Shown here: piece by piece, positions 37,580 through 51,559 of the stretch
Layout: each line of letters starts with the position of its first letter
How positions within the stretch are numbered: the stretch's first letter is position 1
Origin: the human T2T-CHM13v2.0 reference genome, Homo sapiens
NCBI RefSeq assembly: GCF_009914755.1
Contig: NC_060926.1
Reading direction: 5' to 3' (one strand)
DNA length: 64,000 nucleotides
The notes under the pieces: model-generated
Databases searched by the model: none
Told to the model about the DNA's origin: nothing
Seen by the model: only the letters and a program-made list of their open reading frames with translations
Translations under genes and position numbers: made by a program

Positions 37580-40500
37580 GCGAGTCTGAGGCTGGATGTC
37601 CCTTAAGAACCTGCCGAGTGGTCAGCCAGTCTTTGGAGGCAGACTACCCTGAGAGGAGACTGACCTTGAGCAAGGGGGCCCCCATCCACCAGGTACTCGC
37701 AGGTGGTGACAACTCATAGGTCCGCCTTTGCCACAGGGGACCTGGGCAGTCCATTTCCAGGGCTAGTGCCACTGGTCACACCCCGGCAGTTCCTCCAGAA
37801 CTCAAGTGGGCCACCCTTCCTGGGGGACTTTGGAAGAGAAGGCGAGTAGGAGGAAGCTCAGCTTCTGCCACAGCCGCTGGTCTGAGGCTGCAACTGTGTC
37901 AAGTCCTGCCAGCATGTCCCAGATTCTTCTGGTGGGGATCAGCTGCATTTTCAGGCCCATGCTGGCCACCCACCTGCTCTGACCTCAGGGCACCATGTTC
38001 TTTTGAGCCTGTCCATGAATATCTGGGACATGAGGGTCTCCCAATGCCCCTCCTACTTCCCAGCTCATGGCAATTGTGTCCACTGGCTCCTGACACCTGG
38101 CCTCTGTCTTTCTAAGCTCCAGTACCCAAATTGCCCTGGGTGGTCCCAGTTCTGTAATAGCCCCTTCTACAGCCAGCCTGACCTACAGAGTAAGTCCACA
38201 CTGCCTGCCTCCACCATGCAGGAAGCTTTGGGGACTGATGTGTCTCCTGGGCCCTCATATGGATGGCAGCTCTCTGCAGGTCTCCAGCCTCATGCTGAAT
38301 GTCTTCTGCGATGTGCTCCCTGCTTCTCCGTGCCTTTCACAAGCCCTTCAACATCTGCTATGTGAATGCTGGTATTGCCACCACACACAGGGGCCATCGA
38401 ATGTTCCTTGCTCCCTGGAGACATCCTAGGGACATTCCACACCACCGCCCAGGGGCCCTGCAACACTGAGCCCTGTGGTCGGGGTAGCACTCCCAAGTTC
38501 ATCCCCTTCCACCACACCGGGCTCTGTCTCCCTTGCATTCCTGCGCAAATACCTTCTCCATCCAGCATTCTGCTTTCTCCCCTACCCCTGCTGGTGGGAC
38601 TGGCTGGGCCCTACAGCCCTCTTCCTCCTTCACCAGAGCTGGCTTTCCCCACCTGGATACACTGGGACCAGGAGGGGCCCTTGGGCAAGTCCTGGGGACT
38701 AGCGTTGCTGTGCAGTGTCAGGCCCCTGCATCACCCCAACCAGAGAGGCAGTGCTGGCTCCCATTCTTAAGGAGGTGTCCCTTCATTGGGCTCCGAGGGT
38801 GTTGGAGAACCAGGGAGCTCCAGATTTGCAAAAGTGCCAACCCCTTCACACATCAAAGCTGAGTCCTGCCACCCTCAGCTTCTGCCTGGGCACTGCCAGC
38901 CTGCCTGGACTGAGAGCCCAGCCTTGTTCAGATACAGCAACTCCTGTGAGTCAGACCTAGAACTGATCCTTTGGCTTCCTTGGTCCTCCCTAGAGGCTGA
39001 GTCCTTTTCCCTACCCCACCAGCCACACAGTTCTTCAGGTCAGCTCGGCCCCTGCCATGTTTCACAGTAGCCCAACAGGTGTCCGCGCTGCCCACCCTCT
39101 CCCCAACCCCTTCCCTGTCCCTCAACCACAGTCACTCCCAATAGGATCGCCTCTGACACTGAGCAAAGCGGTGGCCCTCATGCTGCAGCTACTTGTTTCT
39201 CCCACCTCCAGTGACAGGGTTCTCACTGCCTTCAAGGTCAGCCTGTGCATCCTCCAGCCACTGCGGGCCAATGTGTCCCAGGGCTGGGGGCCTAGAAAGA
39301 ATGCCTGAGAGAGAGGTCAGTGTGGGAGGCCTCCATGAACCCCAGAAAAGTCAGGCAGGGAGGCAGGGTGGACAGAGGCATGAGCAGAGATACGGTCTCA
39401 GTGCAGACTCTGGCCCACCCTAGGGCAGCACTGAGGCCCCGGAGACCTTCAGAGTTAGAGCTGAGGCAAGGCCAGTGACCTGGGTCTTTACAACCCCACC
39501 ACACCAGTCACTGGGACTGGGCTGCCCACAAGACAGGTCTCTGACCTGCCTGGGAAGGGGCTGAGAGCCGAGGGATTTCTGTGGGAAACTGGGTGGAGGG
39601 GCACAGGAATTCTGCCTTATTTTTGCAACATCTTAGAAATCTCAAACTAATTTCAAAATAAAAAGCTATTTTAAAAATGATGGCTTGGCAACCATTATAG
39701 ATGTAGCAACATGGATGGGAACAGAGGGCTCCTGCATGTATCCCCAAGAAGGACCTACAGCCGAGGCAGCTTGGACCAGGGGCCTGGCATCCGCGCAGCC
39801 GTGGGCAGAGTTCAGAGCAGGCCCAAGTCTGCAGAGGCATCTTTATGCCCCCGGGGTGGGACCTCTCTCTGAGTCCATTCACACTCTTGCTTAGGTGTGG
39901 CTGACAGTAATTTCGGTCCAGCACTGCTCTTTCATATCCCAAAGTGAGATTAAGATAGGAGGCAAGGTTCCTGGGAGACCTAACGCATCTGCCTTTCCTC
40001 AAACAGGTACCACTCTCACTTCCTTTGGGGCTTGTCACCTGCAGCACCCTACCCTCCAGGAGGCCAAGGCTGCAGGTGTCGGATTCCAAACCACAGCAGA
40101 CCTATTTCTCCAGAGAGCAGAAGAAGGAAAAATTGAAAGTTTCTGCCTCTTTAGGGTCATGTCTTTAAAGTTTCTCTCATGAAATATGCACAGCAAGCTT
40201 CACAACTAATGAGGCTACAGGCTCCCACCTTCCCTCATCAACATGGAAATGTTTAAGGACACTGCTACTTCTGTGTGCTCCTCTCGGGCAATTCCATTCC
40301 TCTTCTTTCTGCTTCTTCCTCTCTGTGGACAAAACAGGGGAAGGACGAGAAGAGACACTCCGGTTGCCAAGAGCAGAGACTTAGAAGAGAAGGGCAGAAT
40401 CTCATTGTGCTGCAAAATAGTTATATGACTCTGCACACCTTGGGAGCCTCAGTTTATCCTTTTGTAAGATGGGGGTGATGATGCACACCACACAGGGATG

Positions 40501-40789
40501 GTTATGAATGCCCACAAGTAGCAAGCATCCACACCAAAGTATTCAGAAAAAGATGGATTTATTGATGGCTGCAGCCAGAAAGGACACCAGAGTAGCTCAC
40601 AGCACCGGAGAACCTGGATTCTAAATCCTCCCAGTTCCCCCACATGGGCCCGCAAACTCTTGGTTTCACTTCCCAGTAGGCTCCACGAGCAACTCTGACT
40701 CATTTCTCACACTTAGAGACAGAGAAAATAGAACTCCCCACTCCTGGCCTCCATTTATCAATCCCACAGAAGGGTTCTAGTGAGCCCTG

Positions 40790-41157
40790 TGTTATGGCTT
40801 GGCTCTGTGTCCCCACTCAAATTTTAATCTCCAAAGTTGGGAGAGAAACCTGGTAAGAGGTGAGTGGATCATGTGGGCAGATTTCTCCCTTGCTGTTTTT
40901 GTGATAGTGAGTTCTCATGAGATCTGATGGCTTCAAAGTGTGTAGCACTTCCCCCTTCATTCTCCCTCTCTCCTGTCATCCTGTGAAGATGTCCTTGCTT
41001 CACCTTCACTTTCCACCACGATTGTAAGTTTCCTGAGGCCTTCCCAGCCATGCCTCCTGTACAGAATATGGAACTGTGAGTCGATTAAACGTCTTTTCTT
41101 CATAAATTACCCAGTCTCAGGTAGTTCTTTATACTAGAGTAAGAGTGGACTAATACA
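40790..41157 (+). mobile_element. MSTA-type MaLR solo LTR
   Basis: tgttatggcttggctctgtgtccccac...aaattacccagtctcaggtagttctttata...ggactaataca. TSD ccctg/cccca. Confidence 0.93.
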
Positions 41158-43214
41158 CCCCATAAGGGTCACTGTCACTTAGAGGTGGAGCTGAGACTGG
41201 CAGATACGGATGAAAGTAGAGAGGGGCTGTTCTCCTAAGAGAAAGGGGATTGTAAATCTGCTGAATTAATCCCAAACTGGAACCGCCCTCCTCTGCTCCA
41301 ATTTGGATTTGATGAACTTGGACACGTGAAACAGACCCAGGCTGTCGGGACATGTGTGGGACTGGTGGGCCTGGGGCGGGGTCAGGCTTTAGACAAGGTG
41401 GTTCCAGATGCTCAGGAGCACCCCCTACCATGGACAACAGAGCAGGGATGCACACCTGGGTGCAGGAGCATGTGCCAAACATGCAGGAGCAAAACATGCA
41501 CAAGCAGAAAATGGTGCCAAGGCAAGCTAGGCCAGAGTGGATGAGATGATATAGGGGTGAGTCCAGGTGAAGCCCAGCACTGGCAGAAGAGAGCAGAAGG
41601 CACAGAGAGAAGAACGGCCTCGGGGCCAGACAGAGTTTAGGGACAGGTGGCCGGAGATGGGGGCAGCCATCCAGGCATCTCCTGGTCCTGATTTCTCTCT
41701 CTACCAGCCTCTGACCCAGATCTTAAAGAGGCACCAAAGGGGCTCCCACGCATGGTGCCAGGCACATGAGCGTGCTCAGAACGCCTGCAGTCACTTCCTC
41801 TGAGCACTCAGGAAGAGGGAGTGCACACAGGGACAGGGGATCGTGTGCATCTGTACTGACGACGGAATCCCAGCAGGACACCTTCACTCACTTCCCATAA
41901 CCAACAGCAAATGCCATGCATCTTTGAAGGAGCAGGAGAAAAAGCTGCATGTTAACTCTGTCATTTTCCAAAATTACCAGACCAAAGATGAGCATGAAAT
42001 ATCTTTTCGCTGAGATAATAAAAGTGGACAAAAATAAATACCAAGCCTGTGTTATTACTATTTACCCATCTGACACTACATAAGCCTATTTTAAATGGCA
42101 ATATTGATCAAATATCTATGACGATACCTAGCAAGTGATTCATTGCCTAAAAGGCTACACTGCTTGAATTTGATCCATTCTATCACAGTGTATTAATTAG
42201 ACATATACCATTAAATATTAAATCATCTCTGCCTACATAATTTGTAATGCATTGTTTGAAATTGTATTTGTAATATATCCACAGACTTATTTGCTGCAAA
42301 ATAAAGTCTATCAAATTTCATCATATAGATAATATAGATGGTTGACTGTAAAAGAATGAGAAAATATGGCTGACTTTTCCATAAACTAAAAGGCACGCTT
42401 GCACTCATAAAGAAATAAATAGTTATTGCCCCCAATGTGAAATCAGTTTCTTTGAGATGCACTACATGTAGTCACTGGCCGGGAGGCCTGGACCATGTGA
42501 TGTCTCATTTTCCTCACAATTACTATTATGTAGTTGTTGCCAGTGCAGACATTCCCTAGGAAAATCGCTTTATTTAATACTAGAATTACATCACATTAAT
42601 AGTAAATTTAAATTTACAAACAACATATAATTTGCTTATTTCAGCATTGTACCTGTTTTTAAAACAGACAAAAGAGCTGGTCTTTTCAGCTACTGAATAC
42701 TTGGATTTTTGTATGGTATCGGGGTAAGAGCCCTGAACTGGGGATTAAGAGAAATGCCTTTGTTTCTGTTTGTGTCTGTTTTATTGTCTGTGCACAATAT
42801 TCACTAACTCACTATGTGACCTTGAATGAGTCTTTTCCTCTCTCTGAGACCTACTTTCCTCATCTGTAAAGGAGGTCAGCTTAGGTGGTCATGAAGTCCC
42901 CTTCTCATTATCACATCCTGTGTCTCTATTTGAGGAAAGGAATGGCTATTAAATGAGATTACAGAAAAAATAAAGTGACCATGGGACCCCACTGCTGTAT
43001 CTGCAAAGCAAAAACATTTTGGATTTTGTTAATCAAAATGCTTCTCTCTTTGTCTGTCACTTGTCTTTGAAATCAATAAAACAGAGCTTCATGAAGGAAG
43101 CATTCACGCAATGCCCACCGTGGGATGGGAACCCCCTTACACACTGGCAATATGGCAAAGCAGACACAGACATTGAGCCTACATTGTAAGGAAACAAGAA
43201 AAATAAATGAGATG

Positions 43215-43732
43215 CATAGAATGTTTTTATTGCTGTGAAGCAAATTATCACAAACTCAGCAGCTGGAAAGAGCCGTCTTATGAACTCATTGTCCTGCCAT
43301 CAGGAGTCTGGTCAAGCTGGCTGGGTTTTCTGCCTAGGCTTACATGAAACAGCATCCAGATGTCAGTCGGGCTGTGTTCTCATCTGGAGGCTTGACTGGG
43401 GAAGAATCCCCTTCCAAGCCCACTCAGGCTGTTGGCAGAATTTCCTTCTATATGGGGATAACTTGGTTATTCAAAGTTATTCATGATGTTATCGAAGATT
43501 CTGTTTTTCCAGCAAACTTGCTCCAGGTGGTCACTTCCCTAGAGTGAGTCTGCTGGGAAAATGCAGTCTTTCATGACATCATGCACTCACAAGTGTGGCA
43601 CGACATCACAGCCAGCCCACTCTATAGGGTGGAAGCAAGACACAGGCCGTGTCACACCAGAGGGCTGGGTTACACCAGGATCTGAACACAGGAGGCAGGA
43701 GCCATGGGGACCCCCACAGAGTGCCCACCACA
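43215..43732 (-). mobile_element. MLT1D/E-type LTR
   Basis: ttattgctgt..agcaaattatcacaaactcagc...ctggaggcttgactggggaagaatcc..ttccaagc..actcaggctgttggcagaat. Confidence 0.75.
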
Positions 43733-46700
43733 GACCAGGAAGGTGACACTACATCCAAGACTGGAAGGAGGTAGGGGCATCATTACAACTGTTGGGCATC
43801 TCCATGGCTAAATCAGCCAGTGCAGTGTCCCCAAGGGAGGAGCTGGTGCAGTTTGTCTGGGAAGAGCTGGGGCTGTTGCTGCTGAAGAGAGGCCAGAGGT
43901 CAGGGATAGGACCTAGGAGTGGGGGTGGCAGGGGCCTGTGGTGCAGGACTGGTGCACCTCAGGACCTCATTTTTTGACTTTACTGTAAATGAGGTGGGGC
44001 CCTTGGAGGGTGCCAAGCTGCAGGAAAGCACAGCTGCCTTGGCTTTCCAAGGGCCCCTCTGAGCTGCAGGAGGGCAGGGCCAGAGCAGAAAGGCCAGATG
44101 GGCACTGTACACACCATTCCACAGAGGATACTGGCCCTGACAGGGCAATGACCAGTGTGAGGTCAAGGGATGTCGTGCTCAGCTTGATTTGGGAGGTGGC
44201 ACTGACGGGGTTTGCAGATGGATAAGAAGTGAGTTTCCCCAGTGTCAAGACCCTATAACCCTGCAGCCCTTCTCTGCCTCTGGGATGGGATCTAAAGAGA
44301 CCCTTCTAATGGTGTCCTGCCGTATCCTGCTGTGGGCACGTGGCCCCAGTCCTTCACAGCCCCACACTGTGTCTCACCTTGGGGTTCCTGTTGCTGAATA
44401 ACCCTCACCCCACCCCCTTACCCTGCATCCCGCAGGCCTCTGACAGGCGTGTGTCATTCATAGGGTGCTTCTCCCAGGATGCTGCCAGGCAGCTAGAACT
44501 GCCTGAGATGCTTTCCTCAACCCCTCTAGGTAGAAGTGAGTGTGTTCTTCCCACATTCACACCACACACTGTTTTTCACTTGACATGGTCATCTGATGGC
44601 TCACCTTCCCTATTCCTAAGCCTCTGCCCCTAGTACAGTGCCTGACACAGACACTCACCAAATACGATTATGGAGTGCTAGGCAGAAGGGTCCACGTAGC
44701 CTCTTGATGGCCAACCCAGCTAACTCGAGAGCTGGGCTTTAGCGGGAAGCCCAGTGAAAGAAGGAAGGTTTTCAGGCTGCTGATTGGAGGCAGGAAGTGT
44801 TAGAGCTTGAACTTCAGTACCAACGCCGGAGGCCTGCTCAGAACTTGCAGAGGGCAGGGGAGCCCGGTGCAGTGAATCTCAGACAGCGAAGACAGCAGGA
44901 AGGACCTGGCCCCACTCAGCCCAATCTGGGAGCTTGCAGTGCTCCTGGCAGTTGCAAGAACAGAGACACAGGTAGAAGAGAGATCTGGGGAGAGACCAGA
45001 CGGCCCCTGCCTAAGCCATGCCGTCAGGAAGATCAGAGCGAGCCCCTGGGCCCCCTGAGCAGAACTGCAGCTGGAGCCCAGGGTGAGCTCAGGGACACTC
45101 AGCCTCTCTGAGAGCCCCCAGCGAACGTGACGGGAGGCCCAGCGCCCGGGGTTTGAGGGCCCTGTCAGCTTCCATGTGTATAGTTCCTCGTTTTCTCAAT
45201 AGGGGTTTCACCCTCTGGGTTGTGTGAGGGGATCTGGTTTCACCAAGCCAAGTAGCAGTGAACTCCAGAGCCTGCTTCCCCAAGCACCCCTGTCATACTC
45301 TGGGACCCTGGTCCAAGAGCCCCAGGAGGAGGGGTGCCCCAAAGCCCCAAAGGCAGATCAGGTGCCCCTGGGGTCCCAGCAGGCCTGGCCTGAGTGGGGA
45401 CCTCTGGCGTGGCTGCCTCAGCCCCAGCAAAGCACAACGGCCACGCAGCTCACACCCGGTCACCAGCAGTCACCTACAGCCTCTCTGGGCCCCACCTGAG
45501 ACCTTCCTGGAGAGGGGCACAGGCAGTATGCCCACCTCCTACCCAGATCCAGGGCTGGAGAGGGGCTCCCGGAAGGGTGAGGCCAGAGGTCCCCGTTCAT
45601 CCTTCCGACAATCAAAGCTGGAGGTTCACTCTCAGAGGCTTTTCCTGTCTTCCGCTCCTCTACGAGAATGCCAATACCCGGGTGAGATGATGCATTAACC
45701 TATTTCTCATGGAGGCGTGGGTCATTCATCAGATCCCCTTTCCCCATGCGGGGGGCGCCCAGCTGCCAAGTACACGCTGCTCCCTTCAAGCCAGCCAAGG
45801 GCTGGCCGGGCTTGCAGCTTCAGTGGGCTCTGTGTGTCCGGGCATGTCTCCCACTCTGAGCCTCAGGGCCCTGAGGGGGCCCTCAAGGGGGTGGATCCCT
45901 GAGCGCAGAGCCCTCCTCCTCCCAGAAAAGCTCAGTTATGGGAAGGAAGGCACTCTTGCCTTTGCCTTTCCCAGAGACAAACCTCAGGCTGAGATTTTGA
46001 GTTTAATGCAAAATGAATGCCGGCCAGAGAAGAAGCTGCCAGCTGCTGTGTGGGGTTTTTCCACTCATGGCTTCTGGTCTTCACCTCTGAGAATCCTTTC
46101 CTTTAAACCAAAACCATGAGCACTAAGAAAATCAAATAAGCCGTGGCCTGGGACACGTGCAGTCAAGGGTGGCGCGGCCGCCTCCAGACCTCACCTTCTG
46201 AAAGGCTGGGCAGGCGGGGGTGGGAGCAGAAGGGCCCAACTCAGGCCGCTGCTGTGTCTGCGTACTGCGAGAGGAAGGGGATGCCCCTTGACCAGCATAG
46301 CCTGGGGGGTGCTAAGAACCAGACTCAGGGTCACCCTAGCAGAGGGTCCGGCTGGGTGCACCGCAGGTGACTCCACTGAGGGAAAGACACAGACGCATGG
46401 GGCTGACTCAGGAAGGAATGCGCAGCTGCACGGTAGGGGCGGCTGGGAAGCCGGGCATGTCTGCACCTGGAACAGGCTGGGACACCAGCCCCACAGACGC
46501 CTAAGACTCAGCTGCAGGTTCTCCGCGGTCACTCTCCTACCCCCCGCAGGGAGCCGCCTCCCACCTATGACTGCTCAGCCAGAGAAGGCTCTGGAACGAC
46601 TCACAAGCCTCCTCACGCGTGGGGTCAGGGCCTCCCTCCAGCTGTGCTCAGGAGGGCTGCTGAGCCTGTGGCTGCTGGAACCCGCACTTACCAAGTGCCC

Positions 46701-47417
46701 TCCATTAGCCCTTCCCATTCTTGCCTGAAAGGAACCCTGAAAAGCGGCAAAGCATCAAATTTCCCCCACTCAGTTTCCGGGAGCTCATCCAATTCTCTAC
46801 AGGAGGGTGGCCAGCTTTGGGATCAGGATACCAAGAGCCACTGTCCGGAGGCTCAGTCACCTGGGCTCACCCTGAGAGTTGGCATAGGCCCAGGCCCACC
46901 TAGCCTCTGGCCCTGCAAGGCGGAGGGATCCAGAACCAGGGCAGGAATGCTTCCAGCACACTCAGGGACCCATGGGCCACCAGGGTGGGCCCCGAGTCCC
47001 CACACAATTGGCCAGGCCAGCAAGCATGGATCCACTCCAGAGGAGCAAGCATGGATCCACTCCAGAGGTTTTGGCTGTCAGCAGAGTGAGCCTTGGGAGC
47101 CACACAGGACTTGAGACCCCTTCAACCTGGAAAGCCTTGAAGAGCAGTGGGGGGCTCTCAGCCTTCCTGAGATTAACTGGGTCTCTCCTGACCTGTGAGC
47201 AGATAAAAATGAGAAATGGTCACTTCTGGCCTGTTCTGTCTATGGAAAGGACTTCTCACAAGAAAGGACTCAAAGTGACCTTTGGAATTCATTTTTCTCA
47301 AAATAAATAAAGCCAGTGAGGTCGCGCAGAGGAAAAAATTGCAGAGGGAATCTGGAAGGAGGGAAGGAGGGAGGGAGAATTCTTCCTGTTCTGACCTTGA
47401 GAACACTTTTGGAAATT

Positions 47418-47738
47418 CAGTCATGCACCACAATCTCTCTGTCAATAATGAGCTGCGTATATGATGGTGGTCCCATACGACGATAGCACCATATTTTTGC
47501 TGTAACGTTTCTATGTTTCGACACATGAACAGTGGCCACTGTATTACAGCTGCCTGCATTATTCAGTGTGGCACCATGTTGTTCAGACTTGTGGCCTAGG
47601 AGCCACAGGCTGCACCACGTGGCCCAGGCGTGCCGTGGGCTGAACCATCTGGGGGTGGGTAAGTGCACTCCGTGATGTCTGCACAATGAGGTGCATTTTG
47701 CAGAAGGCTTCCCCGCTGTTAGGAACCGCGTGCCTACG
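47418..47738 (+). mobile_element. Tigger3a/MER7-type DNA transposon
   Basis: cagtcatgcaccac...tatatgatggtggtcccata...gcctaggagc.acaggct...gtaagtgcactc.gtgatgt..gcacaatg. Confidence 0.85.
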
Positions 47739-50700
47739 AGCACCAGAAAAGTGTCCCTTCTAACCAGCGGTCAGGGGCCGCTGGTGATAACCACACGAAG
47801 ACATCCTCCCCGACATTCCTGTGGCCAAAGAGAAACGTAGAGGACAGAGCCTACTCCCAGGGTGACTCTGTGGCACTCAGGCACGTAGGACACAGGGAGA
47901 GAGAGGCTGGAACGTCCCTAGCAGAGGCCTGAGTTGGAGGTGACACCTGCACAGTCCTTCACACAAGCACCTTGCTGCTTCTGACAAGCCTGTGCCCCTC
48001 CACACACAGGGAACCCAGGTCAAACCTGCTAACGCGATACCACGTCCCATCCCAAGAGGCACTTCGGACCCTGCAAGGCTGCCAGGCAGCCCCAGCTGCC
48101 CCCCACGGTGCAGGCTGAGCCAGGCCGTCCTCTCCCTGATGGCCAGCTAGGGGTGGTTCCATGGTGGCCTGGTTCCCAGGCTGCCTCCGCTCCTCTCCTA
48201 GGGGACACTGCTGCCCTCTTCTCCCCACAGATACAGGAGGGGCCTATAGAGGGGCTGCCTGGGAGGGTCCCAAAGGCTTCCCTGGAGAACAAGCGCCTGT
48301 CACAGAAAGGAGCCACAGCAGGTGGGGAGGGCGGAACAATGAGCTTGCTCCCATGGGGTCCTGGGAGCTGTGCCGAAGACCCCGCAGGTGGCCAGGCCTG
48401 GGCAGCAGCTGCCATGGGCACCGGGCATGACCTTCCCTGGAGGGAACCTCGGTGGGCGCAGCTCCAGCTCCCCAAGTCTAATGGACGTCTGCACAGCCCG
48501 CCTTGAATTCCTGAGACCCCTCACACCTAAGGCATCTGGATCAAATTTCTCCACATCTCTCCAGTCTTGCCATCCCACTAAGGGACACCCCACCTCACCA
48601 TGTTCTCAGGTCAGAACTGGAGGGCAGCCCCTGTCCCCTCCTTCCCCATACCCGTGAGTCCCAGGAACTGCGAGAAGATTAGATCCCGTGAGGGAGGTCT
48701 CCCCAGTCTGCAGCTGCCCCGTGGGTGTTGTGAGCTGGCCCCGAAGCGCCACGGAGTCCCTCAGTCAATTCCTGGCATGTGAGCAGGAAAAGGGAGCACA
48801 GAGGAGGAGATGCGGGGGAGCCATTGCAAGGGCAGCCTCTAAAGCCTTTCTCGGTTGGGGTCCCTGATGTCACGATGAGTCGCTGGTGCCATTGGATAAC
48901 AAGAGTTCCACGCTCAAGGACCGCCCCTCCAGGCCTGGTGGAATCAGCAGTCACGGCTGACTGCCCTGCGCAGTGAAGGGTGGGACCCACTGCCCAGCCA
49001 CCCAGCATGGAGTGGGGCACTCTGCACACCTCCCGGCAACCTCCGGATGGTGTCACCACATGGCTGGCCCACTGCCACCAGGCCCTGCCCTTTGAGGACT
49101 CAGTAGCTTCTAGGGTTCAGTGTTGCTCAAACTTCAGGCGTGGCGGAAGTGCTCTCACAGCACCGTTAGGAAGCGGCCGCAATCATCTTAAGGCATGAGA
49201 GTGTCTGATGCTCCTGTGAGGAGACTCCTGAGTGCACACCGCCCCTTCCCCTCGCGACTGGATGCTCCCAGCTCCTCCCGGGCCTCCTGCTGAGTGGAGC
49301 TGCAACCCAAACCCAGATTCTTCTAGGAAGAAAATGATGTGATCCGTTGTTCTTGAGCTGCCATTTTCACTGTGTCCAGCCTATCTCACACTGTCCTTCC
49401 TCACCCACCGCACGGCAGCCCTGGAGATGTATCAGTGCTGGAGATGTATCAGTGATGGTTTCAACGAACTTCTTGAATTCCTTCCTCCAAATGGTCTTTT
49501 TTTCTAAGAAAGCCAGGGTGGTGCAGAGGAGGCAGTGTTTCCTCGCTGACATGTTGGCAGGACAGGAAGGGCTCATTGACTTAAAATACTTCCCATCTGG
49601 GAGCAAAAATCCACCCATAGCAAGCCCTCCGTTGAATTAAGGTTTTTGTTTTTCCTCCAAACCACTCCTTTACCAGTAAGAATAGGCCAGGGCAGCACAG
49701 GACGTATGGATCCCGCCTGCAGCCACCATGGTGGAGGCAGCCTGAGAAGAGAATGGGTCCCAGCGGGCCCTGCACATCCCAGATGGGCACCCCCCCACAC
49801 CCCTGCTTACCCCCTGGGTGGACCCACTGCACTGCTGCTGAATTGCGGCCTCACTGCATGCAGCTCCCCAGTGTTTCAGCTTCACAGCTCCATGCTGCGT
49901 TCTGAGCTCCCTGCAGGGAGGGACCTGGTTTCCCTCACAACTCCTCCCCCCGACCCTGTTTCCCTCCATTCTGATTAAGGACAAGGGATCCCCATGCAGC
50001 CTGGACACCAGGACCAGCAGAAACCTGTGAGCGCCCAGGTCCTGTTGCCATGTCTGTGTGACCTGTGCTAATAAAGAGCAACTTGTGATCGGTGCCCCTT
50101 GGGATACCCACGGGATGCCCCACGCCCTCAGGGAGGCCACAGACCCTGCGGGGGTTCCTAAGCTCCGATGTCCAAGTGCTGACCAAGCCCAGCTCCTCTC
50201 CTGGGCTCCTCCTAGGCCCTCCTCCGGGAATGTCATTCCATCTCCTGCAGGGCCCAGGCCTCCCCTGGGCCAGGCTCCCACTCGACACCAGCCCCTGCTC
50301 CCCAAGACAGACCCCTAGACTGCACGGTCTCACCAGATGAGGTTTCTCGTTGGAACCCTGGGGTCCGGCTCTGCTGCTGCTGAGGCACCGTGCTTCTTCC
50401 TGGACCCTCAGGCAGAGGACAGTTCCCTGGTTGATGGCTTAGCTGCATACAGGACCTGATGCAAGTCCACTCTTGCTCTGAGCCTCAGTTTCCCCATGGG
50501 GGTGAGCACTGCTCTAGCAGGAATCAGGTGAGGACTAAAGGGGAAATGAGGAGTGCAGGACACTGTCCCTGGGCTGTGGGAGTATTGGATTCCTTGGCCT
50601 CGTGACCTGCCTGGCCAGGTCTCCCGGGAGCTCCAGCATCCAGACTCACCCCTGCAAGTCCCACACCAGTCCCACCACCCATGCCAGGCTGTCCATGAGG

Positions 50701-51559
50701 TGAGGCCCCACTTGCCAGGATGTGGCCCTCTCCGGCCTCCAGCAGGCTCTGCCTGGCTCACTCTGTGCCCTCCGCCCCTCCTCACCTGTGCCTGTCCTGC
50801 CAGCCCTGCCCGGTGGGTTCGTCCAGGCTGCTCTGCAGCCCAGGCTGTGTGTCTCTTCTTTTGGCTGCTTGGGGTCTGGCCCCCTCCCCTAGAAGCCATT
50901 CTTTTCTCCATCCCTCTCCTCCCAGCGTCCTTCACCCCCATGCTGGATGGACACCTCCACTACAAGATGGTCCTGGATGCAGGCATCACCTGCCCACGCC
51001 TCTGTCTTCTCCTCCCTCAGTGCCACCTCTGCAGGGCATATGACTCCTCCTCTCGAGGGCTCTGAGCTCCCTACACCATATGACAGGAGAACCGTGATAA
51101 GCAGATGTTTGCGGAGTGGATGAATGGGAAAAATATTGTAATGGTGGAAACTTCCAATCTCTGGGAAGGGTGATGGGGTGGTATATTGGGTTTATTACAA
51201 TCTTACCACATAGGCAGGTGACATTAAAGCCAATATGGAGGGCTGACCCTGGGGTCCTGGGCCTCCTCCAGATCCACATGTGGGAGGATTGGGAGGCACC
51301 CGTCTGTCCCAAGCAGGGTTCCCAGGTGTGGCTGCACATGGCATCACCAGGACAGCGTTACCCATGACCTTGCTGGGTGCTGCCACGACGCCCCCAAGGG
51401 CTCAGGACTGACTGTCACCTGGACAAGGGGACTGGGAGCTCTGCAGGGCCCAACACACAGTCAGACTCAAGAGCTACTGCCCCAAGGTGACCTCACCCAG
51501 GGTGTTCCCTGGCCATGACAGCAGACCCTGCGCTCCTCCCTTGGGGTCAGTGCTTACTC

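Noticed and set aside
45625-45690. Possible small exon (ctctcag|...cgg|gtgaga)
   Set aside because: Weak polypyrimidine tract, no partner exons and no recognisable peptide.
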